Of a stretch of DNA of 64,000 bases, positions 1-9,813 are shown piece by piece. The first letter of the stretch is position 1, and each line of letters begins with the position of its first letter. Origin of the DNA: Nanobdellota archaeon (GTDB lineage: Archaea > Nanobdellota > Nanobdellia > Parvarchaeales > Parvarchaeaceae); the NCBI GenBank assembly GCA_021807085.1, contig JAKAPM010000003.1:2014-66013 (forward strand). Direction: 5' to 3'. Made by a program: the position numbers and the translations under genes. The notes beneath the pieces were generated by a model that was not told the DNA's origin, searched no databases, and saw only the letters and a program-made list of their open reading frames with translations.

Positions 1-76
1 CGGGTATACTAAGTCATTCCGTGATGAGATACAAATAAATGTAGGCAAAACAGGGTCGATAAGGAAATTGTAGATG

Positions 77-994
77 TTAGAGAGTATACCTGCTCTTATC
101 TACAGTTCTTGCGGTTATAGAGAGCCTGTCGTTGAACTTGTTGGATCTTCCACTAATATCCACTTGGTAGAGCCCGAAAGTAAGATCGTTTAACTTGTCG
201 TCAATCGATTCCTTCGAGGATAGGTCAAGGAGCTTTCTTGCGGCTTTGTCAAAGAACGAAATCCGCACGCTTCCGCTGCCATCGTCCAGCACACCAGTTA
301 TTAGCAGCATTTTCGATAGGGTTTTGTCTCCGTGTATATCGCATCTTTCAGGGACGGTCTTTTTGCATATTTCACATCTTATCAAGTATATCTTATTTGT
401 GAACAATCTTGTTATAAATCCCCTTATCGAATACGTGCGGTCCTCTTTGTCAATCTCATATACCATGCTTCTACTCCCACCCGTTGCTTCTTCAGCAGGT
501 GCAGCCACAGATTTTTCCTGATTTTTCGTGAGAGCTATTGCGCTGCCACTTCCTAAGTGGAGCTCCAGTCCACCAATCCTCCTATTCATCTTTGAGTATG
601 CATTTGCCACAGACAGGGCATCACCCCGTTCCGCCGTCTCTAGGTTCCCTATATGTCTCTCATTCCATACAACAATACCAATTTCGCCACTGTCGTCTTC
701 TAATATTAAGTTCATGACCTTGCCGACTCTACCCTTTATGATTACTGTCCTTGCTTCTTGTTTCCTTTTTATCCAACCACTGACATTTATATGGTTGAGA
801 TTTTCAACTACATCATTTATCTTGTACTTTCTGCGTATCGGCACCATGCCGTTCTCGGTAGCGATCATTCTAAGAGCAGCATCCTCGTTAAGTTCTGGGA
901 ACTCCGCTAATTTCTTGTTAACTAAACTCTGTATTCTTTCACCGTCTAGACCGGTCTTTTCCTTTATCGCACCAACAAGCCATTCTTCCATCAA
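77..994 (-). CDS. rpa: Replication protein A (single-stranded DNA-binding protein, OB-fold plus zinc ribbon)
   Basis: 305 aa. N-terminal RPA-like region, OB-fold body and a C-terminal CxxC...CxxH zinc-ribbon (CEICKK...CDIHGD) typical of archaeal RPA. Overlaps the upstream mutase stop by 4 nt, so operonic. Confidence 0.7.
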   Translation of the reverse strand: MMEEWLVGAIKEKTGLDGERIQSLVNKKLAEFPELNEDAALRMIATENGMVPIRRKYKINDVVENLNHINVSGWIKRKQEARTVIIKGRVGKVMNLILEDDSGEIGIVVWNERHIGNLETAERGDALSVANAYSKMNRRIGGLELHLGSGSAIALTKNQEKSVAAPAEEATGGSRSMVYEIDKEDRTYSIRGFITRLFTNKIYLIRCEICKKTVPERCDIHGDKTLSKMLLITGVLDDGSGSVRISFFDKAARKLLDLSSKESIDDKLNDLTFGLYQVDISGRSNKFNDRLSITARTVDKSRYTL

Positions 995-2277
995 CCAACA
1001 ATCTTTTCGACTGCCCTCTCTATCCTTTTTAGTTCTTTTTTAGTCGTTCCCTCATAATATACCCTTATGAGCGGCTCGGTATTGGATTCCCTAAATAACA
1101 TGAAACCACCACCCATTAATACCTTTACACCATCGAGTCTGTTCACTCTCCCATATTTTGCAGCTTTCTCTCTTATCTCCAACAATTTCTTGTACCTCTC
1201 AGCTTCGGTGGAAAATCTAATTTTTCTGTTTTTGTAGTGGATTGGAGGAAACTCCGCAACTAGCCCGCTCAGACTTTTCCCGTTCTCAGCCATAATTGAT
1301 GTGAGAAGTAATCCGCCGAGCAGACCATCGGAGAACGGGTAATAACCACCGAAATAGAAATGAGAGGAAGTTTCTACACCGAATTTATAATCGCCCCCAA
1401 CTAGTTTTTTTTCTATAAACGGTCTACCTACTTTTACGTATTTAACATCTGCGTATGCCTCCAATCTACGCGAACACGAGACTGTGGCTATTATTCTCTT
1501 ATAACCGAGGTATTTTATCATAATCATCGCAATAGTCATGGGGTCCACAAAGCGCCCCTTCTCATCCACGAAGGCAACCCTATCCCCGTCTGCATCCAGT
1601 TCTATGCCCAAATCCAATCTGCGTCTCTTTACAAGCTTCGATAAATCAACTATATTCTTCTTGGTCGGCTCGGGGACCTTTCCATAAAATGTCCTTGATG
1701 GTTTATCGTATAACATTTCAACACTCGAACCTACCTTATTGAACAGTCTTTTGGCAAGGCTACCTGTGGTGCCGCCCATGCTGTCTACCCCTATCTTTAG
1801 CGGTATTTTTCCAATGTTTCTAGATATATACCTAAGGTAGTCCTCAGAACAATCGCGCTTTATCAATTTTCCTTTTCGTTTACTAGAAAGTATTCTCGGC
1901 TTCATGTCGTCTATAATGTCCGATGGCTTTACCGTCACTCCTTCGTTGTAGGTCAAGATACCAGTGTATTCCGCTGGATTGTGCGACGCAGTAACGCATA
2001 TGCCATAACTCCTTTGCTTATAGGATAAGAACAGAGGGAGCATTATTGGCCCCAACCCCGTTTCTATAACATCCACACCAACCATTCTAAGCCCTTTGAT
2101 GACGCCATCCTTTATTTTGATACTCCCTTCTCTGTTATCATACCCGAGAAAAAGCGCCCTTCTACCAATTTTCCTGCCAATCTTTATCGCTATGTAGTAG
2201 GCTATCTTTTCGTTCAGCTCGACGGGGTACACTCCTCTTACATCGTATTCTTTGAACAAACCCTTTGGAATATCCAT
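991..2277 (-). CDS. alpha-D-phosphohexomutase (phosphoglucosamine mutase/phosphomannomutase family)
   Basis: 428 aa. Active-site phosphoserine motif GICVTASHNPAEYTG (TASHNP) and a DGDGDR Mg-binding loop (LDADGDRVAF). Confidence 0.8.
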   Translation of the reverse strand: MDIPKGLFKEYDVRGVYPVELNEKIAYYIAIKIGRKIGRRALFLGYDNREGSIKIKDGVIKGLRMVGVDVIETGLGPIMLPLFLSYKQRSYGICVTASHNPAEYTGILTYNEGVTVKPSDIIDDMKPRILSSKRKGKLIKRDCSEDYLRYISRNIGKIPLKIGVDSMGGTTGSLAKRLFNKVGSSVEMLYDKPSRTFYGKVPEPTKKNIVDLSKLVKRRRLDLGIELDADGDRVAFVDEKGRFVDPMTIAMIMIKYLGYKRIIATVSCSRRLEAYADVKYVKVGRPFIEKKLVGGDYKFGVETSSHFYFGGYYPFSDGLLGGLLLTSIMAENGKSLSGLVAEFPPIHYKNRKIRFSTEAERYKKLLEIREKAAKYGRVNRLDGVKVLMGGGFMLFRESNTEPLIRVYYEGTTKKELKRIERAVEKIVG

Positions 2278-2278
2278 G

Positions 2279-3319
2279 TCAAGAAATAACCTCTTCTAAT
2301 ACGTTTTTCAAGCCAGCAAACGCTTCACTTCTAGCCATATCAGTTATAGTTTGCCGTGTTTCGGTCTCTAGCGGTAACTTCGCAAGTATCGGCACACCTT
2401 CTATGCCCTCTTTTCCCACGAACGGCACCTCTATCTTGTGTCCACAATTTTTGCATCTTATATAACTCATATTTTCTATTATTCCACTAACAGGAATATT
2501 CAAAGCATTTGCCATAACAATCGTTTTCTTTCCTATCGTCTTAGATAAGGATTGGGGCGTCGTAACCACTATAACCCTGTCTACAGGTATTGATTGAAAG
2601 ACAGTTAGCGGCGCATCACTCGTACCTGGCGGTAAATCTAAAAGTAGTAAGTCTGTTTTTCCCCAGTCTGCATTGTTGTACATCTGTTTTATAGCGCTGG
2701 ATATAAGGGGCCCCCTCCATATTATTGCCTCTGCATCCGTAAGCATGTCTATGGAAACGACCTTTATATCCTCCATCTCGAACGGTTTTATCTTGCCGTC
2801 CTTATCTACTTCAGCTCTGTGAGTTTCTCCGAAAATAGAGAGCACAGACGGTCCGGATATGTCGCAGTCGAGTATCGCCACTTTGTGACCCAAGTTTTTT
2901 GCTATGATAGCCATTAGCGTAACTACTGTACTTTTCCCCACCCCCCCCTTCGCAGAATAAACCGCCACAATATTTCTTATACTTTTTTTATCATATCTTT
3001 CTATACTGTAAGGTATTTGTTTTTGCTCTGTTTGTATTTCTTCCTTTACCTTCTCCAACTCTTTTTTGGTCATGAAGGAAAAAGAGACTTCCGCCTCGTC
3101 GTATCCAGCTGCAGCTAGTGTCTCTTTTATATCCTTCTCTATAGTCGCAGACAACGGGCAGCCAGGGACAGTGAGTTTTATACCGATTTGTAGCCTGCCG
3201 TCTTCCCTGTCCACGGATTCTATCATCCGCAGTTTTTCTATGCTGATACCTATCTCCGGATCCTTTATCGACGCTAGTAACGAGTGTATCCTCTCTATTT
3301 CTGCTCTGTCTATACTCAT
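2279..3319 (-). CDS. Mrp/NBP35-family Fe-S cluster carrier ATPase with N-terminal DUF59/MIP18-like domain
   Basis: 346 aa. Deviant Walker A AVYSAKGGVGKST; conserved CxxC near the C-terminus (CKNC); N-terminal ~90 aa matches the DUF59 fold seen in ApbC/Mrp proteins. Confidence 0.8.
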   Translation of the reverse strand: MSIDRAEIERIHSLLASIKDPEIGISIEKLRMIESVDREDGRLQIGIKLTVPGCPLSATIEKDIKETLAAAGYDEAEVSFSFMTKKELEKVKEEIQTEQKQIPYSIERYDKKSIRNIVAVYSAKGGVGKSTVVTLMAIIAKNLGHKVAILDCDISGPSVLSIFGETHRAEVDKDGKIKPFEMEDIKVVSIDMLTDAEAIIWRGPLISSAIKQMYNNADWGKTDLLLLDLPPGTSDAPLTVFQSIPVDRVIVVTTPQSLSKTIGKKTIVMANALNIPVSGIIENMSYIRCKNCGHKIEVPFVGKEGIEGVPILAKLPLETETRQTITDMARSEAFAGLKNVLEEVIS

Positions 3320-4383
3320 TTTTTCTTCTCTTCTTCCACATCGGCTATTCCTTCCGCCGTTATCTGGAAATTCGCTTCGCCTTCCGGCAGACTCGGAGAA
3401 TCTACGAGTTTAGCCACTCTCGTGCCTTTCTTGCCTTTTCTAAGGTAAATTCTATAAGTGGCTACGTGACCTATTATGTGCCCCCCCACCGCAACTGTAG
3501 GGTCGCCGAACATGACGTCAGGCCTCGCCATCACCTGGTTTGTTATGTAGACAGCTATGTTGAATCTGTCTGCAAGCCTTTGTAGGTTGTGGAGTACCAC
3601 ATTCACTTTCTGTTGCCTGTCTGCAAGCGTTCCTCTCCCCACATATTCTGCCCTGAACAAGGCCATCATACTATCTACCACCACCAGTTTGATTTCTGGG
3701 TCCTTATTTATCAGTTCTGGGATTTTGTCTACCAATAGTATCTGGTGATCGGACGAGTACGCCCTGCCTATTTTTATGTTCTGTAGCGCCTGTTTTGGAT
3801 CCAGACCTTTTGATATCGCAAGCTGTTCTATCCTAGAGGGTCTGAACGTGCCTTCTGTGTCTATCCATATCGCGTGACCGGCAAGGCCTCCATTCTCTTT
3901 TGGTAACTGTACATTCACTGCTAGTTGGAACGCTATCTGGCTCTTTCCAGAGCCGTATTCTCCGTAGCATTCCGTTATTGACTGGGTTTCAACCCCGCCC
4001 CCAAGGAGAATGTCTAGCGCGTTGCTTCCAGTTGATACTCTCTGGACCATTTTCCTTTTATCTTCAAATTCCAAGCCCGAAAGAAAGTTCATTTTCAGCG
4101 CTTCCCTAGCTTCCGCGACTATCTTTCTGGCCGTAGGTTCCCCGACGCCACACGATTCCACTATATCGTTTGGATTGGCCACAGCCAGAGCCATTATATC
4201 TTGGTATCCTGCATTCTTTATTTTCGATGCTATCGCACCCCCGACTCCAGGTAGGTCTTTTATATCTTTGTAATCAAATTCGTCTGGTTCTACTTTTTCG
4301 TCCTCTTTTTCAATTTCCTCTTCTTGCTCATCCCCTTTCTGTTCTTCGTCGACTACGTCGTCTTTGTATCTTTTTTCTGCCAT
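3316..4383 (-). CDS. radA: DNA repair and recombination protein RadA
   Basis: 355 aa. N-terminal HhH domain (DLPGVGGAIASKI), Walker A GEYGSGKSQ, RecA/Rad51 core with a Walker B stretch (KLVVVDS). Confidence 0.9.
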   Translation of the reverse strand: MAEKRYKDDVVDEEQKGDEQEEEIEKEDEKVEPDEFDYKDIKDLPGVGGAIASKIKNAGYQDIMALAVANPNDIVESCGVGEPTARKIVAEAREALKMNFLSGLEFEDKRKMVQRVSTGSNALDILLGGGVETQSITECYGEYGSGKSQIAFQLAVNVQLPKENGGLAGHAIWIDTEGTFRPSRIEQLAISKGLDPKQALQNIKIGRAYSSDHQILLVDKIPELINKDPEIKLVVVDSMMALFRAEYVGRGTLADRQQKVNVVLHNLQRLADRFNIAVYITNQVMARPDVMFGDPTVAVGGHIIGHVATYRIYLRKGKKGTRVAKLVDSPSLPEGEANFQITAEGIADVEEEKKK

Positions 4384-4393
4384 ATCTTACCCC

Positions 4394-4633
4394 CTACTTT
4401 ACTTTGTTCAGTACTATTGTGGTATCTGTCTTGCCCACACCCTTTTCTCTCCTGAGCTCGGATACTACAAAGTTCGACAGCTCGTCCATGTTTTCGTACC
4501 CGAATCTTATCATGAGGTCCCATTGTCCGCTTATGAGAATTACTTCCTCGACACCCTTTATCTCTGCGACTCTTTTGGCTATCTCTATGACCGACTTTCC
4601 TTCTTCTATCTCTGCGAAAATTAGGGCTTCCAT
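4394..4633 (-). CDS. Stand-alone Lrp/AsnC-type RAM (ligand-binding) domain protein
   Basis: 79 aa with a beta-alpha-beta-beta-alpha-beta pattern matching the C-terminal regulatory domain of Lrp/AsnC regulators, with no HTH. Lies immediately upstream of radA on the same strand. Confidence 0.5.
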   Translation of the reverse strand: MEALIFAEIEEGKSVIEIAKRVAEIKGVEEVILISGQWDLMIRFGYENMDELSNFVVSELRREKGVGKTDTTIVLNKVK

Positions 4634-4726
4634 ACTAGATTATACTTTATGATAGTAGTCTGGATATTTAATGTTTTACGCGGTAAATGCTCTTTGTCGT
4701 TTATCCACCACACCACTGCAAAACCA

Positions 4727-5425
4727 CTATTCCTCTTTTGCTATTGCCTGCATGCATTCACTGTAGTATGGGCAGTATTTACATTGCCAGACGGTCTTAT
4801 CGTCGAAATAGTATTCAGCTGGCGGTAATTTCTTGTTTCTTAAGTGGTAATCTAAGTCTTTGAACCTGTTAACTATCTTCTGGTAAACCCCACTGTCGTA
4901 ATCCACTCTGAACTGCCTTATATCAAGATTCTTCTTATCTGCATAGACTAAGATACCATAATCTGCCTTTTGGGCCGCAAGGTAGAGTGTTATCTGCATT
5001 ATGTGCTTAGGATCAGGTTCATTTACTTTGTGGACATCCCCACTAGATTTGGCTTCTATTATTATGGTCTTCCCCCCCTTCGTTACAACAAAATCGTCTA
5101 TCCTTCCATAGACGGCAAATGATGTGTCCTTGTCCGAATATTCTATCCTTATCGGTTTCTCTTCCTCCACAGTTTCTAGTCTCTCAGAGGCTTTCAGTGC
5201 CTTCGTTATAAACTCGTGGACATTGTTGCCCATTGCAAATATCCTCAGTGCTGATGCCTCTGTCGGCTTTGGTATATTATAAGAATAGTAGCTCCTTCTT
5301 ATGCACATCCCTATTTCACTTGGAAAGTATGCTCCCAACTTCTTAGGTCTCATCTCATCTGTAAGGTATTCATCAATTATGTCACCGACATTCAGATCGC
5401 TTTTTTCGTCGTGGTTTTGGATCAT
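4727..5425 (-). CDS. Cas4-like/RecB-family PD-(D/E)xK nuclease with 4-Cys Fe-S cluster motif (not CRISPR-associated here)
   Basis: 232 aa. One N-terminal Cys (GMCIRR) plus a C-terminal CKYCPYYSEC triad, the Cas4/AddB-type 4Fe-4S arrangement. PD-(D/E)xK core GRIDDFVV...IIIEAKSS. No cas genes or repeats nearby. Confidence 0.6.
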   Translation of the reverse strand: MIQNHDEKSDLNVGDIIDEYLTDEMRPKKLGAYFPSEIGMCIRRSYYSYNIPKPTEASALRIFAMGNNVHEFITKALKASERLETVEEEKPIRIEYSDKDTSFAVYGRIDDFVVTKGGKTIIIEAKSSGDVHKVNEPDPKHIMQITLYLAAQKADYGILVYADKKNLDIRQFRVDYDSGVYQKIVNRFKDLDYHLRNKKLPPAEYYFDDKTVWQCKYCPYYSECMQAIAKEE

Positions 5426-5477
5426 ATCTAATTTATAGCACGGAAAGTAATTTAAATGTGAATATTTTCATACTCTG

Positions 5478-6152
5478 ATGAGAGCTCTAGTCCTGTCGCT
5501 AGGGATAGCGTTCGTAGTGATATTCGTGCTACTGTTCCTGCTAGTGAATTATAATACCATCTACAAATGGGATGAATCCGCGTTCCTACTGATTAATTCC
5601 ACGTTCAATGTTTCGTATCTTAACGGCTTTTTTGCTGCCCTGTCTATTTACGGAAGGGAGTACTTTTGGGTGCCCGTAGTGATACTGTTGTGGCTGTTGG
5701 GCAAGGAGAACGGCAAGAAAACTGCACTTATGATGGTGATTGTATTCGTGCTTGTCATAATAATAGGGTTCGCCCTGAAAGATGTCTATTACAGGCCTAG
5801 ACCGTTCCTTTCTATTGTCAACGCGATAGTGCTGGTTCCAAAAGATTTTGATTCGTCCTTTCCTTCCGGCCACGCTCTTGTGGTGGCCGCGGGTGCCACC
5901 GTAGCGTTCCTTATGCTCAAGAAACGCTATTCTATACCTCTGCTGATCGAGGCTGCGCTGGTGATATACTCAAGAGTGTATGTTGGAGTGCACTACCCAA
6001 CAGACGTCGTTGCCGGGCTGTTTCTCGGAGCCGCCATTGCTCTAATAACTTACGCCCTTTTAGTCGATTCAAGGGTATTCAGGACGATTTCAGAGGCTTT
6101 GATTTCTATCTATAGTAAGGTTATCTCCACCGTTAGATTGAAACGTATCTGA
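5478..6152 (+). CDS. PAP2-family membrane phosphatase (phosphatidic acid phosphatase type 2 superfamily)
   Basis: 224 aa polytopic protein with PAP2 motifs KxxxxxxRP (YYRPRPF), PSGH (SFPSGHA) and SRxxxxxHxxxD (SRVYVGVHYPTDV). Confidence 0.75.
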   Translation: MRALVLSLGIAFVVIFVLLFLLVNYNTIYKWDESAFLLINSTFNVSYLNGFFAALSIYGREYFWVPVVILLWLLGKENGKKTALMMVIVFVLVIIIGFALKDVYYRPRPFLSIVNAIVLVPKDFDSSFPSGHALVVAAGATVAFLMLKKRYSIPLLIEAALVIYSRVYVGVHYPTDVVAGLFLGAAIALITYALLVDSRVFRTISEALISIYSKVISTVRLKRI

Positions 6153-6220
6153 CTCTTTAGCGCGTACGTAGTGTTTGAATTCCCGCTTATCTCTCCTTTA
6201 CTGTCCTGTGTCCACTGCAT

Positions 6221-6721
6221 TCACTGTTGTTTGCCTTGGTCCGGTTCGCTCTTCTCCAGCTCGGGAGGCTGGCCGGCCTTCTGCTGGTGGATTATGTCGT
6301 ACTCTTCTGGGCTTTGAGCCACGAGATCTAGATATACTTTTTTTAGCATGAACGGGTCATATACTAGCTCTTTTCTATTATCCGTTGCTACGTTGAATTT
6401 GTGGGTGTGGTGCAGCACTTTTGGAGGGCATATCTCACTGCAAAGCCCGCAGAATATGCATTTGTTGAAATCTATAGCCGGCGCCTCGTCCCTGACGTTG
6501 TGCTTGAAATTCATATCTATCTTCTGCATCCTTATCGCGTCTGATGGACATATCCTGTAGCACAGTTCGCAACCTATACAGTTATCCATGTCGAGGCTTA
6601 GTATCCCCCTGCTCCTCTTCTGCACTGGCAGTGGTTTCTCCGGATATTGGTAGGTGGCCCTCTTTCCGGCGGCCGTTTTCAGACCGTACCCCACTGTTTT
6701 TATCGCGTCCTTTATGCTCAT
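6221..6721 (-). CDS. nuoI: NADH-quinone oxidoreductase subunit I (2x[4Fe-4S] ferredoxin subunit)
   Basis: 166 aa. Two CxxCxxCxxxCP motifs (CIGCELCYRICP, CIFCGLCSEICP). Last gene of the nuoA-I operon. Confidence 0.85.
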   Translation of the reverse strand: MSIKDAIKTVGYGLKTAAGKRATYQYPEKPLPVQKRSRGILSLDMDNCIGCELCYRICPSDAIRMQKIDMNFKHNVRDEAPAIDFNKCIFCGLCSEICPPKVLHHTHKFNVATDNRKELVYDPFMLKKVYLDLVAQSPEEYDIIHQQKAGQPPELEKSEPDQGKQQ

Positions 6722-7716
6722 ATCAGTAGTAAGCCCCCAACCATTACTAGGTTAACAATACTAAGAGGCAAAAGCCAGTTCCACCCGAATTTTATGAACT
6801 GATCTATTCTAGGTCTTGGGAGCGTCCATCTAGGCGCCATTATTATGAGAAGCACTGCCGCAGTTTTTATTATAAACCATACGAAGCCCGGCAGAACGGG
6901 ACCGAGCCACCCCCCCAAGAAAAGATACACCACAAGTATTGAAACAATCATGAGTCTGACATAATCGGCGATTAGAAAAAGTCCATAGCGTATCCCACTG
7001 TATTCTACCTTCCACCCAGCCTGCAATTCCTGGGACGCTTCTGGTATGTCGAATGGCGCCCTTTCTATTATAGCTAGACCAGTGAGAGCGAACACTATCA
7101 ATGTAACCGGTAGATAAGCTCCGTACCAGAGCCCACTCTGTCCGTTTACGATATCAACTATGTTGTAACTGCCGGCTAGGAACGCTACGCTTATCATCGT
7201 CACTATCAAAGCTAGTTCGTAGGTTGCTATTTGTCCGACTCCTCTGAACCCACCGAGCATTGCGTACTTGTTGTTTTCCCCCCAGCCTGCCATTAGTACT
7301 AATAGCGGAGAAACCGCCAGGAAAACGTACAGAAAAAGAAGGGAATAAGGGACACTGATAAATTCAAGGTTTGCGCCACCAAACGGGATTATAAGGACCA
7401 TAGCGAATGATAAAGTAGCCAACACTATCGGGACAAATTCGTACGGGAGTCTGTCTACATTCGTGGAGATTGCCCTCTTACCAATAAGTTTCATTATATC
7501 AGCGAAGTTCTGTAGCAGTCCGAACGGGCCTACATATACAGGACCATACCTGGATTGTATCCTCGCTGAATATTTCCTCTCTACCCAACCCAAGAATATC
7601 GGGACAAGCGCGGTTATGGCGAATACTAGTACGAATGTTATGAGCATAGTCACCACCCATGCAGGTCCAGCCGTTACAAATCTTGCGACTTCACCGTATA
7701 TAACGTTGAATATCAT
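6718..7716 (-). CDS. nuoH: NADH-quinone oxidoreductase subunit H (ND1)
   Basis: 332 aa polytopic membrane protein with ND1/NuoH-like conserved loops (e.g. GWGENNKYAMLGGFRG); position between nuoD and nuoI. Confidence 0.85.
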   Translation of the reverse strand: MIFNVIYGEVARFVTAGPAWVVTMLITFVLVFAITALVPIFLGWVERKYSARIQSRYGPVYVGPFGLLQNFADIMKLIGKRAISTNVDRLPYEFVPIVLATLSFAMVLIIPFGGANLEFISVPYSLLFLYVFLAVSPLLVLMAGWGENNKYAMLGGFRGVGQIATYELALIVTMISVAFLAGSYNIVDIVNGQSGLWYGAYLPVTLIVFALTGLAIIERAPFDIPEASQELQAGWKVEYSGIRYGLFLIADYVRLMIVSILVVYLFLGGWLGPVLPGFVWFIIKTAAVLLIIMAPRWTLPRPRIDQFIKFGWNWLLPLSIVNLVMVGGLLLI

Positions 7717-8813
7717 CTGTCGACCTCCCCCATCACAGGGTCCAGGCTAGCTATAGTCACAACTATGTCCGCAACTTTAACCCCAACGAGTATCTCCTCC
7801 AAAGCGCGCAGTGCGAAGAAAGTCGGACTTCGTATTTTTAGCCTGTACGGTTGGGTGCCGCCGTTTGTTATCATATACATTGCCATCTCGCCGCGTGGCG
7901 TTTCCTGTCTAACAAACGTACGTTTGTCCGGTATCTTCATTAGCCAAGGAGTCTTGGTCACGTACGGGCCTTCAGGGAGGTCCCTGAGGCATTGACGTAC
8001 TATCCTTATCGACTGCAGAATCTCTCCGACCCTTACCATAAATCTTGAATTTGCGTCCCCATCTTCTCCCGTGACAACGTCAAAATCAACTTTGTCGTAT
8101 GCTAGGTAAGGCTCGCTTTTTCTCAAATCTCTGTCTATACCGGCCGCCCTCATGTTCGGTCCTGTAATCCCATACTTTTTTACCATATATCTATCCAATA
8201 CTCCTACTCCTTTAGTTCTCATGAGGAATAACTGGTTTTTAGTAAACATAGAATTGTAGTCTTTGTTTATTTTCGTTTCCACTCTTACCAGTGCCTTCTC
8301 AGCCTTCTCATCGAAATGTTGCGGCAGGTCATAAAAGGATCCGCCAGTTGTCATGTACATCGGTGCCAGTCTCCCTCCACTAACCTCCTCGACAAGGTCC
8401 ATAAGTAGTTCCCTCTCTCTCAAGGCCCAGAACATGCCGGTTATATTCCCCAAATCCTCACCGATGCTTCCTATATACACTAAATGGCTCATTATTCTCT
8501 GTATTTCCGCCATTATCGTGCGTATGTACACTGCTCTGGGCGGTATTTCTATACCAGCAGCCTTCTCGACGAGGCTGGCATACAGCACTTCCATATTGAT
8601 AGCCGACACATAATCTAGCTTGTCGACTATAGGGTAATAGTTGGAAAAGTAGCGTACTTCTGCCATCTTTTCTTTCCCCCTGTGCAGGAAACCCATCTCG
8701 ACCTGTGCTTTGTTTACGGTGTCGCCTTCTATATCCACTACGACCTTTAGCACTCCGTGGGTCGCAGGGTGAACCGGCCCTACGTTCAGTCTTATGCCTT
8801 TCAGAGTTTCCAT
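7713..8813 (-). CDS. nuoD: NADH-quinone oxidoreductase subunit D (49 kDa subunit)
   Basis: 366 aa. NiFe-hydrogenase-large-subunit-like fold typical of NuoD (GPVHPATHGVL N-terminal motif, C-terminal PYRLKIRSP...DPVMGEVDR). Confidence 0.9.
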   Translation of the reverse strand: METLKGIRLNVGPVHPATHGVLKVVVDIEGDTVNKAQVEMGFLHRGKEKMAEVRYFSNYYPIVDKLDYVSAINMEVLYASLVEKAAGIEIPPRAVYIRTIMAEIQRIMSHLVYIGSIGEDLGNITGMFWALRERELLMDLVEEVSGGRLAPMYMTTGGSFYDLPQHFDEKAEKALVRVETKINKDYNSMFTKNQLFLMRTKGVGVLDRYMVKKYGITGPNMRAAGIDRDLRKSEPYLAYDKVDFDVVTGEDGDANSRFMVRVGEILQSIRIVRQCLRDLPEGPYVTKTPWLMKIPDKRTFVRQETPRGEMAMYMITNGGTQPYRLKIRSPTFFALRALEEILVGVKVADIVVTIASLDPVMGEVDR

Positions 8814-8814
8814 G

Positions 8815-9282
8815 TCAGAATTTAAGGTCTAATCCCGTCCAGTTCCTAACCTCGTCAGTTACCACGAAATCCTTTCTCAACGGGTGCCCTGGCCAATCTT
8901 CTGGCAGGAGTATCCTTCTCAGGTCAGGATGCTTGTTGAATTTTATGCCGAATAAGTCATACGCTTCCCTCTCTTCCCAGTTGGCGGAATCGAACACTTC
9001 AGTTAAGGTGTCTATGGAATAGTCCCTGTCTGTTATGTACGTCCTAATCACTATGGTGTCTGGTTTATCATATGACGAGAATACGTAGTTCAGTTCGAAT
9101 TTAGGTTTATAATCAGCAACCGCCAACATGAAAAGAACGTCAAAGTCCTGCCGGATTATCTCCGCCGCCGTTTTGAGTAGTTTTTTGTCCACCAACAGAA
9201 CGGAATATTCTGTGCCGTCAACCCCAAAGTCCTTTACTTTGTTTCCCAACACTCCCTTTAGTTTTTCAAAGTATTCTTTCAT
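8815..9282 (-). CDS. nuoC: NADH-quinone oxidoreductase subunit C (30 kDa subunit)
   Basis: 155 aa. NuoC signature region ([34 protein letters not shown]). Confidence 0.8.
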   Translation of the reverse strand: MKEYFEKLKGVLGNKVKDFGVDGTEYSVLLVDKKLLKTAAEIIRQDFDVLFMLAVADYKPKFELNYVFSSYDKPDTIVIRTYITDRDYSIDTLTEVFDSANWEEREAYDLFGIKFNKHPDLRRILLPEDWPGHPLRKDFVVTDEVRNWTGLDLKF

Positions 9283-9805
9283 GATCCATCTGCGCCTTGC
9301 TCCTGTTCTCCTTTATTAGCTTCTGCAGCACCCTAACAGCGTCCATAAATTCCTCAGGCCTAGGCGGGCAGCCAGGGATAAAAACATCTACAGGCATTAT
9401 CTTGTCTATACCATGGATGGTGTTGTAACTATCGTGGTATAACCCACCACTTACATTGCACGCCCCAACGGCGATTACATACTTAGGGTCGGGCATCTGC
9501 TCGTATACATTGAGAAGTCTTCTAGCCATCTTTTTGGTTATGGTGCCACTTACTAGTATCATATCGGCCTGTCTAGGAGAATCCCCTATGAAAAGCACGC
9601 CCATCCTGTCTGAATCGACTTTGGTCGTTCCGAACGGCATCATCTCTATAGCACAGCAGGACGTGCCAAAGGTCAACGGCCACAAAGAGTTTCTCCTTCC
9701 CCAATTGAGTACATTTTCTATAAATTTTTCTGTTTTCATGAATATAATCTCCCCCATACCAGGATAGGAAAACTCATCTTTCTTCATTTCTTCGTCATTT
9801 TCCAT
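9266..9805 (-). CDS. nuoB: NADH-quinone oxidoreductase subunit B (20 kDa, N2 cluster subunit)
   Basis: 179 aa. Cys ligands of the NuoB/PSST family ([27 protein letters not shown]). Confidence 0.9.
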   Translation of the reverse strand: MENDEEMKKDEFSYPGMGEIIFMKTEKFIENVLNWGRRNSLWPLTFGTSCCAIEMMPFGTTKVDSDRMGVLFIGDSPRQADMILVSGTITKKMARRLLNVYEQMPDPKYVIAVGACNVSGGLYHDSYNTIHGIDKIMPVDVFIPGCPPRPEEFMDAVRVLQKLIKENRSKAQMDHERIL

Positions 9806-9813
9806 ATAGACGT

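Noticed and set aside
195-1043. Plus-strand ORFs (195..521, 332..556, 528..1043) overlapping the rpa gene
   Set aside because: Low-complexity Ser/Leu/Pro-rich translations typical of antisense shadow ORFs of a well-supported minus-strand gene; no motifs. The same applies to many other antisense ORFs in the track, for example 11342..11848, 16116..16575, 35400..36002, 37502..38035 and 53477..54374.
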